Assembly (NCBI RefSeq): GCF_009914755.1
Contig: NC_060931.1
Source: the human T2T-CHM13v2.0 reference genome, Homo sapiens
Length of the DNA stretch: 64,000 nt
Direction: 5' to 3' (one strand)
Positions 30,785 to 45,765 of the stretch are shown piece after piece. A program made the position numbers and the translations under genes. Position 1 is the first letter of the stretch, and the number at the start of each line of letters is the position of its first letter. Under the pieces are notes generated by a model. The model saw nothing but the letters and a program-made list of their open reading frames with translations, was not told the origin of the DNA and searched no databases.

Positions 30785-32068
30785 GTGCACATCTCAAAAA
30801 GAAATGAGTGGACTTAGGAACACCAAAAGTTTGGAATAAAGACATCTCATAAATTTTTCGAATGTACCATCACCTTTCTAATGGCTGCTAGTAGTTATAC
30901 AAGTATCTGAATGTCCATATGATTTCTTTGGCTTCGAAAATTAGACTATAAATTTGAAAGCATAAAAAGAACTCTCAAGGAAAGCTCTGAAGACACCGGT
31001 GCTGAAACCTAAACCTTCATGCCGCTCAGCTGATTAATCATGTAATTGTGGGCCAATACAGGGAGGTGGAATGCTGTGAAGGACGATGACACTACTTTGC
31101 TTAGAGGGACTGACATTTCATTTCCTACCTGACTTGCCAAATTATTCTCTTCCTTCTCCTCCATAGACTATCTTTGAGAATCCAAATGCTGTCAATTAAC
31201 CTGTGACATTAATCATAGCCTCCTTGTTCCAGAATTTTTCATATCAGTGTTTTCCCACACTACACTCAGCTCTCATGTTTATGATTGAGAGGTGGAATTG
31301 AAGTAATTCATTTGGAAACAAATATGTGAAGAACTGTATTTACTAATCATAGCACCTGTAATGAAAGTCCCTCCTGAATGCAAGTAGGGGCTGGATAAGT
31401 TATCAGTTAACTTTTGTGTACTGGTTATGTTTTAAATATCTTCAAAAGGATGTTCATACCTTTTTTCAGAAAGTAAAAATGATCAGCAAAGACATCCACT
31501 GGCAAAGTACCGTCCTGCTTTTTGGTAGCATGTTGCAAAATAACATCCTGGCCATTTAAAAGGAGTCAGTTCTAAATAATGCCAGAGCCTCAGAACTCTT
31601 CTAAAGCTCAATGCCCAGGTGGAAACTCCATAGATCAGTTTAGGGCATATCTGGCTTAAAAGCAACTTGACCTATATAAGAATTTTAAGAAGGATAAGAA
31701 CTTTATTGCCTTAAATCCTAGAATTCCTTTCTTGTGTAATTGCAAATGGTCCTCAATGCTGTTTAAATGCTGCTATGAAGAAAAGACCCAGGGCTTAGAA
31801 AATGATGATTCTTTTGAAATTACCTCCTCAGAGCCACTAAGAAGGCTAAAACTGGCTAATGAATGGTAAAAGAATTACCTAGTGTATGATCCCTTCTTGC
31901 CTTTCAAACTCAACCTAATTCCGCAACACCAACCCATCTACCCTCCACTCACCCCTAATCAGCACTTGCCTAGATAACTAATTTTCAGACCTTGCTTAAT
32001 CATTACTTACTCTTGAGTATCTCCAACCAACCTGCCCTTCCATGGCCCTGCTCAAACTAGATTAAGGT

Positions 32069-32551
32069 GGTCAAAGAAAAATTGCATGGGCCGAGTGAAA
32101 CAGACAAGAGTTAATTCAAGCCTATTGCAATAGAACAAAGAGATTGAACTTGACTCCATTCAAACAAAAGGCTGGAGAGTATTTAAGCACTGGGTGAGCT
32201 AGTAGAAAACTACTAGAGGACATTAGTGGGGAGGTTGGTCAGTGTGATTAGGTCATTTATGTTTGCCAATTAGCACATAAGTTAGGCTCCTACCCTCCCA
32301 CAGAGACTGGGAGATAGGGGCAGTGTCTTTTCTAATGATCATATTTCAAAGAATTGGCTCCCAGGTCCTTGAGAAAGACTTTCCTGGGTTATAAAACTGG
32401 CAAGACACTGGCAGATTCACATTTCAAAAAGGCAGAGAATGTTTTCCAAAGTAAATCCTCTAAGAAAAGGGAGGTTAGGATCTTATAATCAGGAAGAAAC
32501 TTATCTAAAGTTTAGTTGGGCTGAGGGAGAACATGAGGGCTGTCTTGGTCA
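32069..32551 (-). mobile_element. MER31-like solo LTR (ERV1), apparently within an L2 remnant
   Basis: Minus strand begins TGACCAAGACAG...CCCTCAGCCCAACTAAACTTTAGATAAGTTTCTTCCTGA; motif CCCAGTCTCTGTGGGAGGGTAGGAGCC. Confidence 0.78.
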
Positions 32552-32905
32552 GGGCCTTTCTGTCTGCTATATGCCATCATGGTACTTTCATAAGAGTTAT
32601 CCCAATTATAATTATTTGAGTTTCTAAGAATTTGACTGTAAATTTACAAGTGTAAGAAGAGCTCTTAGTGATAGCCCCAAAAGTCTCTGTTATTGAGCAT
32701 AATAACTGATTTAATACCTGTGTCCCTTTGGGCAGGTATAATGTGTCTATTTTGTTTACCACCTTGTTCTTAGTACAGGTCATGTACAGAGAACTGGCAC
32801 CTGGTAAACACACACTGAGTATGTGTGGAATGAGGAGAAAGTTCTGAATAGGCCCACTTTCTTCCAAATTCCTCCAGGACTACAGTACGGTACTGTCCAA
32901 AGAGC

Positions 32906-33040
32906 CTCCTCTTCTCTACTCTCTCTTCTCTTCTCTTCTCTTCTCTTCTCTTCTCTTCTCTTCTCTTCTCTTCTCTTCTCTTCTCTTCTCTTCTCTTCTC
33001 TCCTTCCTTCCTTCCTTCCTTCCTTCCTTCCTTCCTTCCT

Positions 33041-33091
<51 letters not shown>

Positions 33092-33119
33092 CTTTCTCTC
33101 TTTTCTTTTCTTTCTTTTT
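32906..33119. repeat. Compound (CTCTT)n(CTTC)n(CTTT)n polypyrimidine tract at an Alu tail
   Basis: ~210 bp of almost pure pyrimidines on the plus strand. Confidence 0.97.
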
Positions 33120-33404
<285 letters not shown>

Positions 33405-33880
33405 CAAAGAACCTGTCTTTTACTTGATTTTTCCCCTTGATAAGTCAAGTAAACATATATACTAAAAGTCTATACACAAAATGTAGAAAATATTTCTTCA
33501 CATATATGAGCTGGCTCAAAATAATATGTTTTCTCTAATACGTGTGAAAAAGTTTGGCATACCTTCTTCAGATTTACAAAGATGATTTAGAGAAACTGAG
33601 TGGCATGTGTCTCTTTAAAAAGTTATTTAAAACATTTGTACTAATGCTATTGTTTTCCCTCAAAAATATTTTCCCCTAGCAAATAAAGCATTAACAATCG
33701 CTCCATTGATCATTCTTTTTTAAAAATTATCATTGTAGTTCTACAAACATTTTAAATAATCTCTCAAGTCTAGCCTTAGACTAGAAAAATAGTTCTAACA
33801 GAAGAGTTTAATTATTTGCAGAAGCTGAAACACAAGCACCTCAATATGGATAGTTCTCCTAAATTCGGTGATTCAGCTGC

Positions 33881-35542
<1,662 letters not shown>

Positions 35543-36639
35543 TCAGCTGCCTTTTAAATAAAATATAAATGATTATGAATCGAATATGAAGCCCAGTGAA
35601 ATAGACCTTATTAATAATAAATTCAGAAATTTTCAAACTTGCTAGCCACCAAGAAGGAATTTTCATGCATGACTTGAAATAATCATCTTAAATTGTAACA
35701 CAAGATAAAGTCTTTCATATCTGCCAGTACCAGCCTGTGGTTACCCTGTAAAGACAACAAAAGCTGGTGTACTCTTTTGTATATTTAATTCATCCCTTCC
35801 AAAGTTTCAGAGTTGGAAGTATTTTGATAGTGGCATCTTACATTATTTTGTTTTCGCTAGATGACTTATATTTACATAATGAGAAAACATCTGGATACAA
35901 AGAGGAAAATCTAATCAATAACCTTCTGTGTTTTTCCTAGACGCTTTCTAATGTTCAGATATTTCCAGATGCCTGGGTCACAAAGACACATAGTTGTCAA
36001 CAAATAATTAGATGCATACTTTCCCTTTCCATCTGAATGTTCTAACTTCATATAGCCCAAAGCTCACTACTCTGTAGCTTGAATATGAGACTTCAGATTT
36101 TTGGTGTTTTCTTTAATATATTCATGGAAATGGTAATTCCATAGTTTGTTGAAGATAAAAGCTGAGCCAATGTTTGTGTATCTAGAGAAAATCTGCAATC
36201 TATATACGCTATATAAAGTATAATGCTTGTGGCTACCAAGTAATAGAAAACCAACTCAAAATACCTTGGGCCTTAAGCTTAAACAATAAAGAATCAAATC
36301 ATCTCACTGAACAAGAACTCACCGGCAAGTCAATTACAGACTAGTTGAGTGTGCAGCCTCACAATATCATCACTGCCCAATGTCTTGGTTCTTCAGTCTT
36401 CCTGGTGTCTGCGTTGCCCTCCAGACCAGAAAGTAACTGCCCCAGCTGCAGAAATTATGTGTCAATGCAACACAAAAGAAGCCAAGAGATGTTTTTCATC
36501 CTGGCTCCTTACTGCAATGTGCAATACCCATTACTATACTTTGGAAGAGAGTGTGTTTTATGATCATGGAAAAAAATGAAGAATAATGACATTCTATAAT
36601 TAAGAAAATAATTTCATCAATGCTTTAATAAGCAGTTGC

Positions 36640-36870
36640 TTGATTAACAATCAGCCACCTTACACACTGCTTACTATATGCTCTACAACATTGACTCATA
36701 TGATCTTCATGACAACTCTATGGGGAAAATACTATTTAACAGATGAGGTGATTGAGGCATAAAGAGATCTTGCCCAAAGCGTCATGGCTGGTAAGTGCCA
36801 GAACCAGGATTCAAGCCTAGGCAGTCTGGCTCTGGAGTCCACATTCTTAAATACCATGCTTTGCTGCCTC
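36640..36870 (-). mobile_element. MIR
   Basis: ACAGATGAGGTGATTGAGGCA...CTTGCCCAAAG...CCAGGATTCAAGCCTAGGCAGTCTGGCTC. Confidence 0.8.
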
Positions 36871-38130
36871 TAATTGCCTCATGTTTAAGATTCTACATCT
36901 TCCAATTCGTTATACATTGTTTGATCATGTTAGCTTTCCATTTCTTCGCATTTCTTAATGAAAATCTTATTTGGATTATGTCATAGACCTAGATAATCCA
37001 AAAAAAATGTTGATTCTTTAAAAAAAAAAAAAGTTCTTGTTTTCAAGGAGAGAAGCCCTACACTAGGATTCTGAAAAGGAAGGGTAATGTGAAACTTACA
37101 AGATTCAGATTATTTAGTCCAAATGAAAAAACAATAAGATCCAGAAAGGTCATGTGACTTGGCCAAGGTCCCACAGTCCCTTAACGGTAGTGCTGGGACC
37201 AGGATCCATGTACCCTGCCATATATTTTAATCAAGTTAATGATGTGCAATGCCCTCTGCACTAATGGAATGGATCCTGGAATGCGGGGCAGCAGAAGAAG
37301 AGGCCCCTTAGTAGCTTCTTTATTTATCTCCTACCTACTAACTGTTCACTCAGTGGTCAAACCAAACCATTTATCGTGATTGTATCAGGAGCATTTCTCT
37401 TGGGGTTTCATGAGACAGGAGTCAGCGGTGCTTCCTGTGCTTTGGAGAGTGAGAAGCTGGACATGCTTTTTAAAACTGTTGATTTTGTTAGATATAAATG
37501 ACTTTAGTAAGAATAATATCCAGTTTATCATATTCACATATTATTGTTCTACAGTTGCAGCTAACAGTCTTCTTTGTTTGTCACTAATAATGTTGACTTC
37601 TGATACTATTTTGAGGCCACAGTACACAAAATATCCTATCATTATTGCATTGCTTTTCTTTATCCTTCTCTGTCTTTCTGTTATTTTTCACATATTCCTC
37701 TTATCATGACTATTTTAAAACTTCTAATGTAATGCCAGTGGAACTTTGTTACATATCAGCTTGCAATTATAATCCCTTTTTCTTTTTTTTCAGAATTTCT
37801 TTGCCAGTACTCATATTTCTTCCATATAATTCAATTAAAGTTCTTATTATGCAGAATGATTGAAATGAGAGACATCCTGATAGAATAATACCATATTTAG
37901 TCTAGTTAGTAGAACCCTACCTATTTATTAAATCAATATACTGAAGTATCAATTCTCAAATAAATTAAATATACTTGCCACTTAATGCTTATAGTTTATT
38001 CCTTTAATCAGTACATGTTTATTAGCTGGCTCAAGCAGTGTTCTCGATGGGGGGAGAATAACAATGTCACACTTTTATTCCTCAAGGAGTTTATAGTCTT
38101 CTTGGAGAACTAGACAAGGATCATGTAATA

Positions 38131-38476
38131 CAGTAGTCCCCAATCTTTTTGGCACCAGGGACTGGTTTCGTGGAAGACAATTTAAGACAATTATTCCACA
38201 GATGGGGCAGGTGGGGCAGCAGGGGGCGGGAATGGTTTCGGGATGAACTGTTCCACCTCAGATCATTAGGCATTAGATTCTCATAAAGACCTCACAGTCT
38301 AGATCCCTTGCATGTGCAGTTCACAATAGGGCTTGTGCTCCTATGAGAATCTAATACTGCCACTGATCTGACAGGAGGCAGAGCTTAGGCCATAATGCTC
38401 ACTTGCCTGCCACTCACCTCCTGCTGTGCTGCCTGGTTCTGATACGGGTCTGTGACCTGGGGTTTGGGTACCCCTG
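38131..38476 (+). mobile_element. MER1B (hAT-Charlie non-autonomous DNA transposon)
   Basis: TIR-like CAGTAGTCCCCAA...TTTGGGTACCCCTG; perfect 8-bp TSD ATGTAATA at 38123-38130 and 38477-38484. Confidence 0.93.
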
Positions 38477-40454
38477 ATGTAATATATCAAGATCATGTGA
38501 TAAGGGTAAGAACACAGCACTCAAGGGACCCTAAGACAAGCCTGGGACCCAGCCTTGATACATCAGAGAATCAAGCAAATTGTGCTAGGTGGAATTTGAT
38601 CCTGGACAATTCAGAGGGCACTGAGAGGTCTAACAGTGCTTTGGATTTTTTCATTAGGAATAATCTTCACTCCACAATAGATTTATAAAGGTGATTGTTA
38701 AGAGTTTTAGATAGAACAATGATGACTAAACCCTTTTGGCTATATAGGTTGTTAAATATTTTTAGCTTCTATACCTTACCTCTTGCTTCATTGACAAATA
38801 GTACAACTTTTGCTTCCACATAATAGTCCCTGCTTTCTCCTTCAAGTCTGTGATTCTTTGAATGCTTTCATATATCAACATCTATTTCATTTTCCCAGGT
38901 ACTTCTTACTAGTTTCAGCCTTTTTCGTTGCCTTATCTAGCCTCCAGCTTTGTCCTTTGTTATACACAGCACCTCTAGCCAAATAGAAACACTTTTTATC
39001 TTAATGTAGCACTTTTCCCCCCAGTGATTTCCACTTCTGGGTACACAATGGCCCGGAACTCTCTAACTCATTACTGAGGATCTTGAAATGGCAATCATTC
39101 CTGTGTGTCGGAGTACAGTTTGGGGGTTTATGATCAAAGAGAAGGCTAAATGATGTACCCTGATACCTTTCTGGCAGCTGGACTGATAGCCAGAGTGCTC
39201 TGCAGACAAAGGTGTCATGACTGAAGCTGGCCTTCAAGGCCGTAAGGCTGGAGAACCAGTTTTGTTTCCTTTCTCCTGAAGACAGTCTTTTTTTCAACCC
39301 CTGACAGCATAAATCTCTACCCTCTCTAGGAAAATCACCATCTTCTGCTCACAGAAGTTGGCTTTGTTCAGGCATTTGTCCAATACATTTTCTCATATTC
39401 AAGCAATACCTGGGGCAAAATGAGAACTCAGATTTTCAAGAGTTTCTTTACCTTTCAAGTCTCTGAACCCATCCCCAGATCTCCCACTTTTTTAGTCTCC
39501 AGCCCCACTCATAATGCCATAAGCCCACTGATGCCAGTCCAAAAGTCAAATGAGATCCAGTCCTGAAAGTTAATTCTGTGGCCCTTGAGGCTTACTTGAA
39601 TCGGGGTTTTCTCCCTTTATGGATTAGTATAGAAAATCCTAACATTCTATGAGAGAGGTTTCACTGAAACAGTTAATCACTCCAGAAACAAGCATGCTCA
39701 TGCTGTTTTCAGCATGCCCTTTCCTAAAAGCACAATGCTAATATATGAGCTCCCAGAGTTAACATATTTGCACACTGAATTACTTTCCATTCCACCAGAC
39801 TCATACTGAAAGGTGCAGCTGGTACTGGAATGAATGACAAAGATCACTGAAGAGTGTGCTGGGTCAGAGGACGCCCAGGAGCTCAGAACTTTCACCAGAG
39901 CTTCCAAACAGAGGTGCTGACATGGACACCTTTCCCTCCAGGGAGTTGACAGATCGCTTAATCATATTGCCGTCTGTGGAGATAATGTCACACTAGAGAG
40001 TTGTTATCTGTCTCACAAGGGGGTTGTAACTGGCTTTTTAGTTGTTTCTGTAGCCAGGAGAGGAGTTGGCAGCAGGCATGCTCCAACTTCAGTCCTTTCA
40101 TTTTATTATATAATTGTTGAACAGGAAGAAGGGCAGGAAGAGATGACTCCTCCACTGATAAATAGAGCTTGTAAAACCTTAACTTTATAGCAACTTTGAA
40201 ATCTAGGTCCCCAAAGAAATAAAAATAGGCCTCTCATGCCCCATCTTCCTGCCTTTTAGTAACTCATACTGACACAAAAATTATCTCTTCCACCTACCAA
40301 AAAACATTCTTCCCACCCCAGAAGATACAGCACATGTGTTTATAATTAATTAAATACCCCTGATTTCTACTTAATATGCATAAACAAAGAATCCCTTTGA
40401 ATATAGTAAATTGTGTTTCCAAAGTTGGCTGCAACAATATCCCCCCATCCCACC

Positions 40455-40764
40455 TTTTCTTTTCTTTCTTTTTTTAGACATCTCTCTTTGTCACCCAGGC
40501 TGGAGTGCAGAGGCCTAATCATGACTCACTGCAGTGTTGACCTCCCAGGCTTGGGCTCAGCCAATCCTCTCACCGCTCAGCCTCCTGTGTATCTGGGACC
40601 ACAGGCATGGGCCACCACACTCAGCTCATTTTTTTTGTATTTCTTCTAGAGATGGAGTTTTGCCATGTGGCCCAGGCTTGTCTTGAATCCCTGGGCTCAA
40701 GCAATCCGCTTGCCTCAGCCTCCTAGAATGTTGGGATTACAGATGTGAGCCACTGCTCCCAGCC
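40455..40764 (-). mobile_element. AluJ
   Basis: Diverged dimeric Alu. Confidence 0.9.
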
Positions 40765-40784
40765 TTTAAAAAATAATAATAATA

Positions 40785-41555
40785 ACAACTTTATCTAGAT
40801 ATAATTCACATACCATAAAACTGACATATTTGAAGTGTACAATTCAATGCTCTTTAATATATTCATAGATTGTACAATCACCACTACAATTGGTTTTAGA
40901 ACATTTTAATCTCCATCCCCCCCAAAAATCCTCATACCCATTAGCAATCACTTCCCCTTTCTTCTTTGCCTCCTCCACAACACAGCCCTAGTAGTCTGTC
41001 TGTCTCTATAGATTTGCCTATTCTAGACTTGAATCATGCAATAAGTGGTTTTTAGTGACTGGCTTCTTTCACTTAGCATAATATTTTCAAGGGTCATAAA
41101 TGTTACAAATAATGCAAACGTTCATGTACACATTTTTGTGCAGACGTATGTTTTAATTTCTTGTGGGTATATACCTAGGAGTGGGATTGCTGGGCTAAAT
41201 GGTAACTCTGTGTTTAGACTTTGGAGGAATTACCAGACTGTTTTCCACAGCAGCTGCACCATTTTACATTCCCAGCAGCAGTGAATGAGGGTTCCAGGTT
41301 TTATTTTTATCTGTCATTTTTATTATAGCCATCCTGGAGGATGCTCTCATTGTAATTTTTGATTTGCATTTCCCTGATGGCTAATGATGTTGAGCATCTT
41401 TTCATGTATTCATTATTTCTATATCTTCTTTAGAGAAATGCCTATTCAAGTCATTTGCCTATTTTTAAATTGTGTTATTTGATTTTTATTATTGACTTTT
41501 AAGAGTTCTAGATACTAATTTGATATCCGATTTGCAAGTATCTTCTCCACTCATG
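40785..41555 (-). mobile_element. L1MB-type 3' end fragment
   Basis: GATATAATTCACATACCATAAAA...TATACCTAGGAGTGGGATTGCTGG. Confidence 0.85.
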
Positions 41556-41699
41556 TGTTTTTGTTTTGTTTTGTTTTGTTTTTTTGCAATGCAATCTTGA
41601 TATTCCTCTTTCAATCTGGGCTATGTACCATTTGAAAAAAAAAAAGGTAGCCATATTTTCTGAGTAACTTCTGATACTGAATCATAAGAGATCTTCAAA

Positions 41700-42040
<341 letters not shown>

Positions 42041-45000
42041 CTACCATGCTGTGAGAAAGTCCAAACAGCCATATGCAGAGGTCCACATGAAGGAGAAGCA
42101 AGGTTCCTGGCCCACGGCTGCAGCTGAGCTTCCAGCCAAAGCCAGCATTAACTGCCAGCCATAGGAGTGAGGCCATTTTGGACCTTCCAGATATTCCAGC
42201 ACCCCAAACAATGCCATGTGCCACACAAGCCCCACACAGATGAGTCCTGCCCAAATTTCTGACTTGGAATCCTGAGAAAATAAAGTGGTTTTGTTGTGAG
42301 TCACTAAGTTTTGAGGTAGTTTCACAAAGGTAAGTAACTGAAACACTGGACAAGCGACAGTGTCTAGTTCAGAAATAAAAGGTTACACTTACTGAAGAAA
42401 CTTATTAAGAAGAAGACGATGTTCCTTGATGTTGTTATTGAGATAGTAAGCATTGAATATTTTGGATATTAGAGGGTTTTTCAGGCATTCAGGAAGTAGT
42501 GACCTCTCAACTGCTGGATCACTTCTAATTTAAACCAAATATCGTGAGTTTTGACACACATACAAAACATGAGCGTCTATCTCCAAAACATTCAGGATGT
42601 AGTTTGTAGAGCTGTAGCCATGCCCAGAAACCCAGTTCTCGGCGAAGTAGTCAATATTGAGAATCAGAGGCTTCCTCTAATTCATTCCTGTGCTTTGTAA
42701 ATAAAAGAGGACATGTTGAGAATCAGAAAGTTCCTCTAGAATTTCAGTTCTTCTAGTAGTTTGCCACTCAGGCACAAGCCATTTCATCTCCTTAGAACTC
42801 ATTTTCCTCCCAAGCTCTACAGAGACTCATAGGATATGTGGAGGTGCTTCAGCTATAACCATAGTGGGGAAAAGGGGGTGGAACAGAAGGACAAGGTCAG
42901 TGAGTGGGCCTCCTCATCACCGTACCTTCAGCCAAAGCAGCTCTGCTTCTTAGATATAGCTCATGGGTAAGGAGGGTAATTATTTTGAACTATTATTATT
43001 TTGAAGGAATAGAGAGATGGATAGGTGGATGGATGAAGAGAAGGAGGAAGAGTAATTTTCTGTGCAGGACTATTTAGTGGTATCCTTTCAATGCAAAAAA
43101 AATAAAATAGAGAATGGCAGGTTGAGATCTATGAAAGATGTGCTTTTCTTCTTTCTCTAGTGGAAAACATGGGATGTGTCTTTGGTTTGTTATGTTTAAG
43201 AGATATTTATCTCCAGAGAATTTATTAAAGAGCAAAAGGAGAATAAATCTGAGTCCAGGTTTAAAAAGAACTTTTGAGGCATGTGGCTGTTAATCACTGA
43301 GATGGTTTATGGATAATAAACATTGTGTTTTTTCACCTCCTTAAAGACTATAAAGAAATATTAAATTACTTATACATCTTTGCACAATAGTTTAGGTGAC
43401 ACCTGCCTGTAGGTTATCTGCAGAGGGTCTTTCCCACTTCTAATTTATCAAAACATCTCTGCAAATCATATGCAGTTGGACAAACTCTTCACTAACATTG
43501 TCCTTGCATTCAGTGCCCACCTGGATAGTCATGCATTTATTTCAAAAGCATTAATTACATTGAACATGTTGTCCTCCTTCACCAAGCAAAACATGAAAAA
43601 AGAAGGTGTCCTTTCATTCTGAATTAATTATGACATTCATTCAAAAACAATGACTGTAATTACATTTGGCATTTTGGGTCCTATCACAGAAAACAGCCAG
43701 CTTAAACAACAAACAATTTTGCATTTTTGATCTAGGAGCAAAGTGCTGCACGCCTCAGTTCCACAATATTGGAGACAAAATCCTCCCACTCATGGGCACA
43801 AGCCCAGCAGCAGTAATAAGCATGGCACACCAGCAGGGAGAAAAGTAACACTTGGTATTTTCTATCTTCAGAGTGTCTCACATGCCTCCTTTAATTTTGT
43901 TCCTCTGGTTTTTTTTAATCATAAAGGAAAGATAAGACCATATTATCCTCTTTATCATTAGTCTTTCTGTTGAAACTAACATCACCAATCATCTGTGATG
44001 CCTATTTGTGAAGCAAACACCAGCCTCTTTTTCTCATTGGCTGCCCTCCACCTCCAAATTGCAAACAACTGGCAGTCACTAAGAGGTCAATGGCCACTTA
44101 AACTTGGAACTTCAAGGAGAAATTTTTACGAATTTTTTAACTCTTCCTTGGGGTCTTTTATGCACTGAATATGACCCTATCAACCAAATACAATGAAGGA
44201 TTACCCACACAAAGATGGTAGTGTTTAAATTGTTCACATAGTACTCACATCATGAAACTTCTTCAAAGTTTCCAAAACAACACCCCTGCTAGCCAGCTGT
44301 CATCTTTCCTCCCATGGCTCTGCCAGAGCCAATTTGCCTGACAGGCCCTAATAAGTTCCACTGTCACCCTTGGCATATATTCAGTAAGAATAAACAACAC
44401 GAAGTACTGTAGCCATTTCTTTCATATAAATAAGACAATGATATTATGAGAAAAACATCACTGAGCCCATGTAATTTTTTCACTTTAATCAAAGTATGTA
44501 CTGGCTCCAGGGCCTAATATTTTAGACATGAGTGCCTGCTTCCTTACAAGATTGCCTTCCAGAGAGTGTGCTATGTGTGACTCATTATCAGCCCCAAAGA
44601 CACTCCATGGCAGGGCTGTGAGCATCAAATTTCCTGCCTCTAGAGTCCAGCTGTTCACAGCTACAAATGTAAATATCAGAGGCAGAAAGTTTAAAACTTT
44701 CTGTATTTTTAGTTTTTCAAATAGGAATCTACAAATAAACCAAATTCCTCTGGTTTGCATTTAAGCACTTTAGCATAATTACCTCCACTCCATGCTTCAT
44801 TTTTATGGCCCTCTTTATAGCAACCTGGAGTCTCCAATCCAGTGTAGAAATCCATGCAGTTTGGGGTATTTGACATATGGATGCTGGACATTGTGAGGAC
44901 ACAAAGGGATTTTAGATATTATGAAGAACTGGGATGACTTAGTTGGGAACATCCAGAAACCAAATTACTTAATGATGGAGCACCCTTTCTGCTGCTTTTG

Positions 45001-45209
45001 TAACCAAATTATAGGGTGTGGGTTGTTATGGTGATAGAACCTCTGCAGGAGGAAGTAGAAGATGTTGTAATGTTGGACAGATTTAGGGTGAGCAGGCTTA
45101 TCCACAACATATTTGTGGAAGTTTTCTTCTTTGAATCAATTTAGACAAGGGTCTACTATATTTCCATGTGCTGCTGCTGTGCATCTTGAAGTCAACATCA
45201 CTTGTTATT

Positions 45210-45765
45210 ATTTTTCTCAATTGATGAATACAAAATGATATAATACAACACAATGTTTTGATATATATATACCTTGTGGAATGGCTAAATAAAGCTAATT
45301 AACATATCCATTACTTCTCTTACCATTTTTTTGTGGTGAGAACACTTTAAATTTTTCTTAGCAATTTTTAAGTATATAATACGTTATTATTAACTATAGC
45401 CCACATGTTTTACAGTAGATCTCTTGACCTTATTCCTCCTATCTAACCAAAATTTTATCTGCTTTGAGCAACATCTCTCCAGTTCCCACCCCCGAGCCCT
45501 GGTAACCACCATTCTATTCCCTGCTTCTATTAATTTGACTTTTCTAGATTCCACATATAATTACAATCATGCGGTATTTGACTTTCTGTGCCTGGCTTAT
45601 TTCACTTAATACAGTGTCCTCCAGGTTCATTCATGTTGTTGCAAAAGGCAGAATTTCCTTCTTTTTTAAGGCTGAACAGCATTTCATTGTGTTTATATAC
45701 CACATATTCTTTCTTCATTCATCCATTAATGGATGCTTAGGTTGATTCTATACCTTGGCTATTGA
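45210..45765 (-). mobile_element. L1MA-type 3' end fragment
   Basis: TTGTGGAATGGCTAAAT...GGTAACCACCATTCTA...TCCTCCAGGTTCATTCATGTTG. Confidence 0.85.

Noticed and set aside
35845-36080. Two plus-strand acceptor-like sites (35860, 35940)
   Set aside because: No good donor, no recognisable peptide; such acceptors are frequent in AT-rich DNA.
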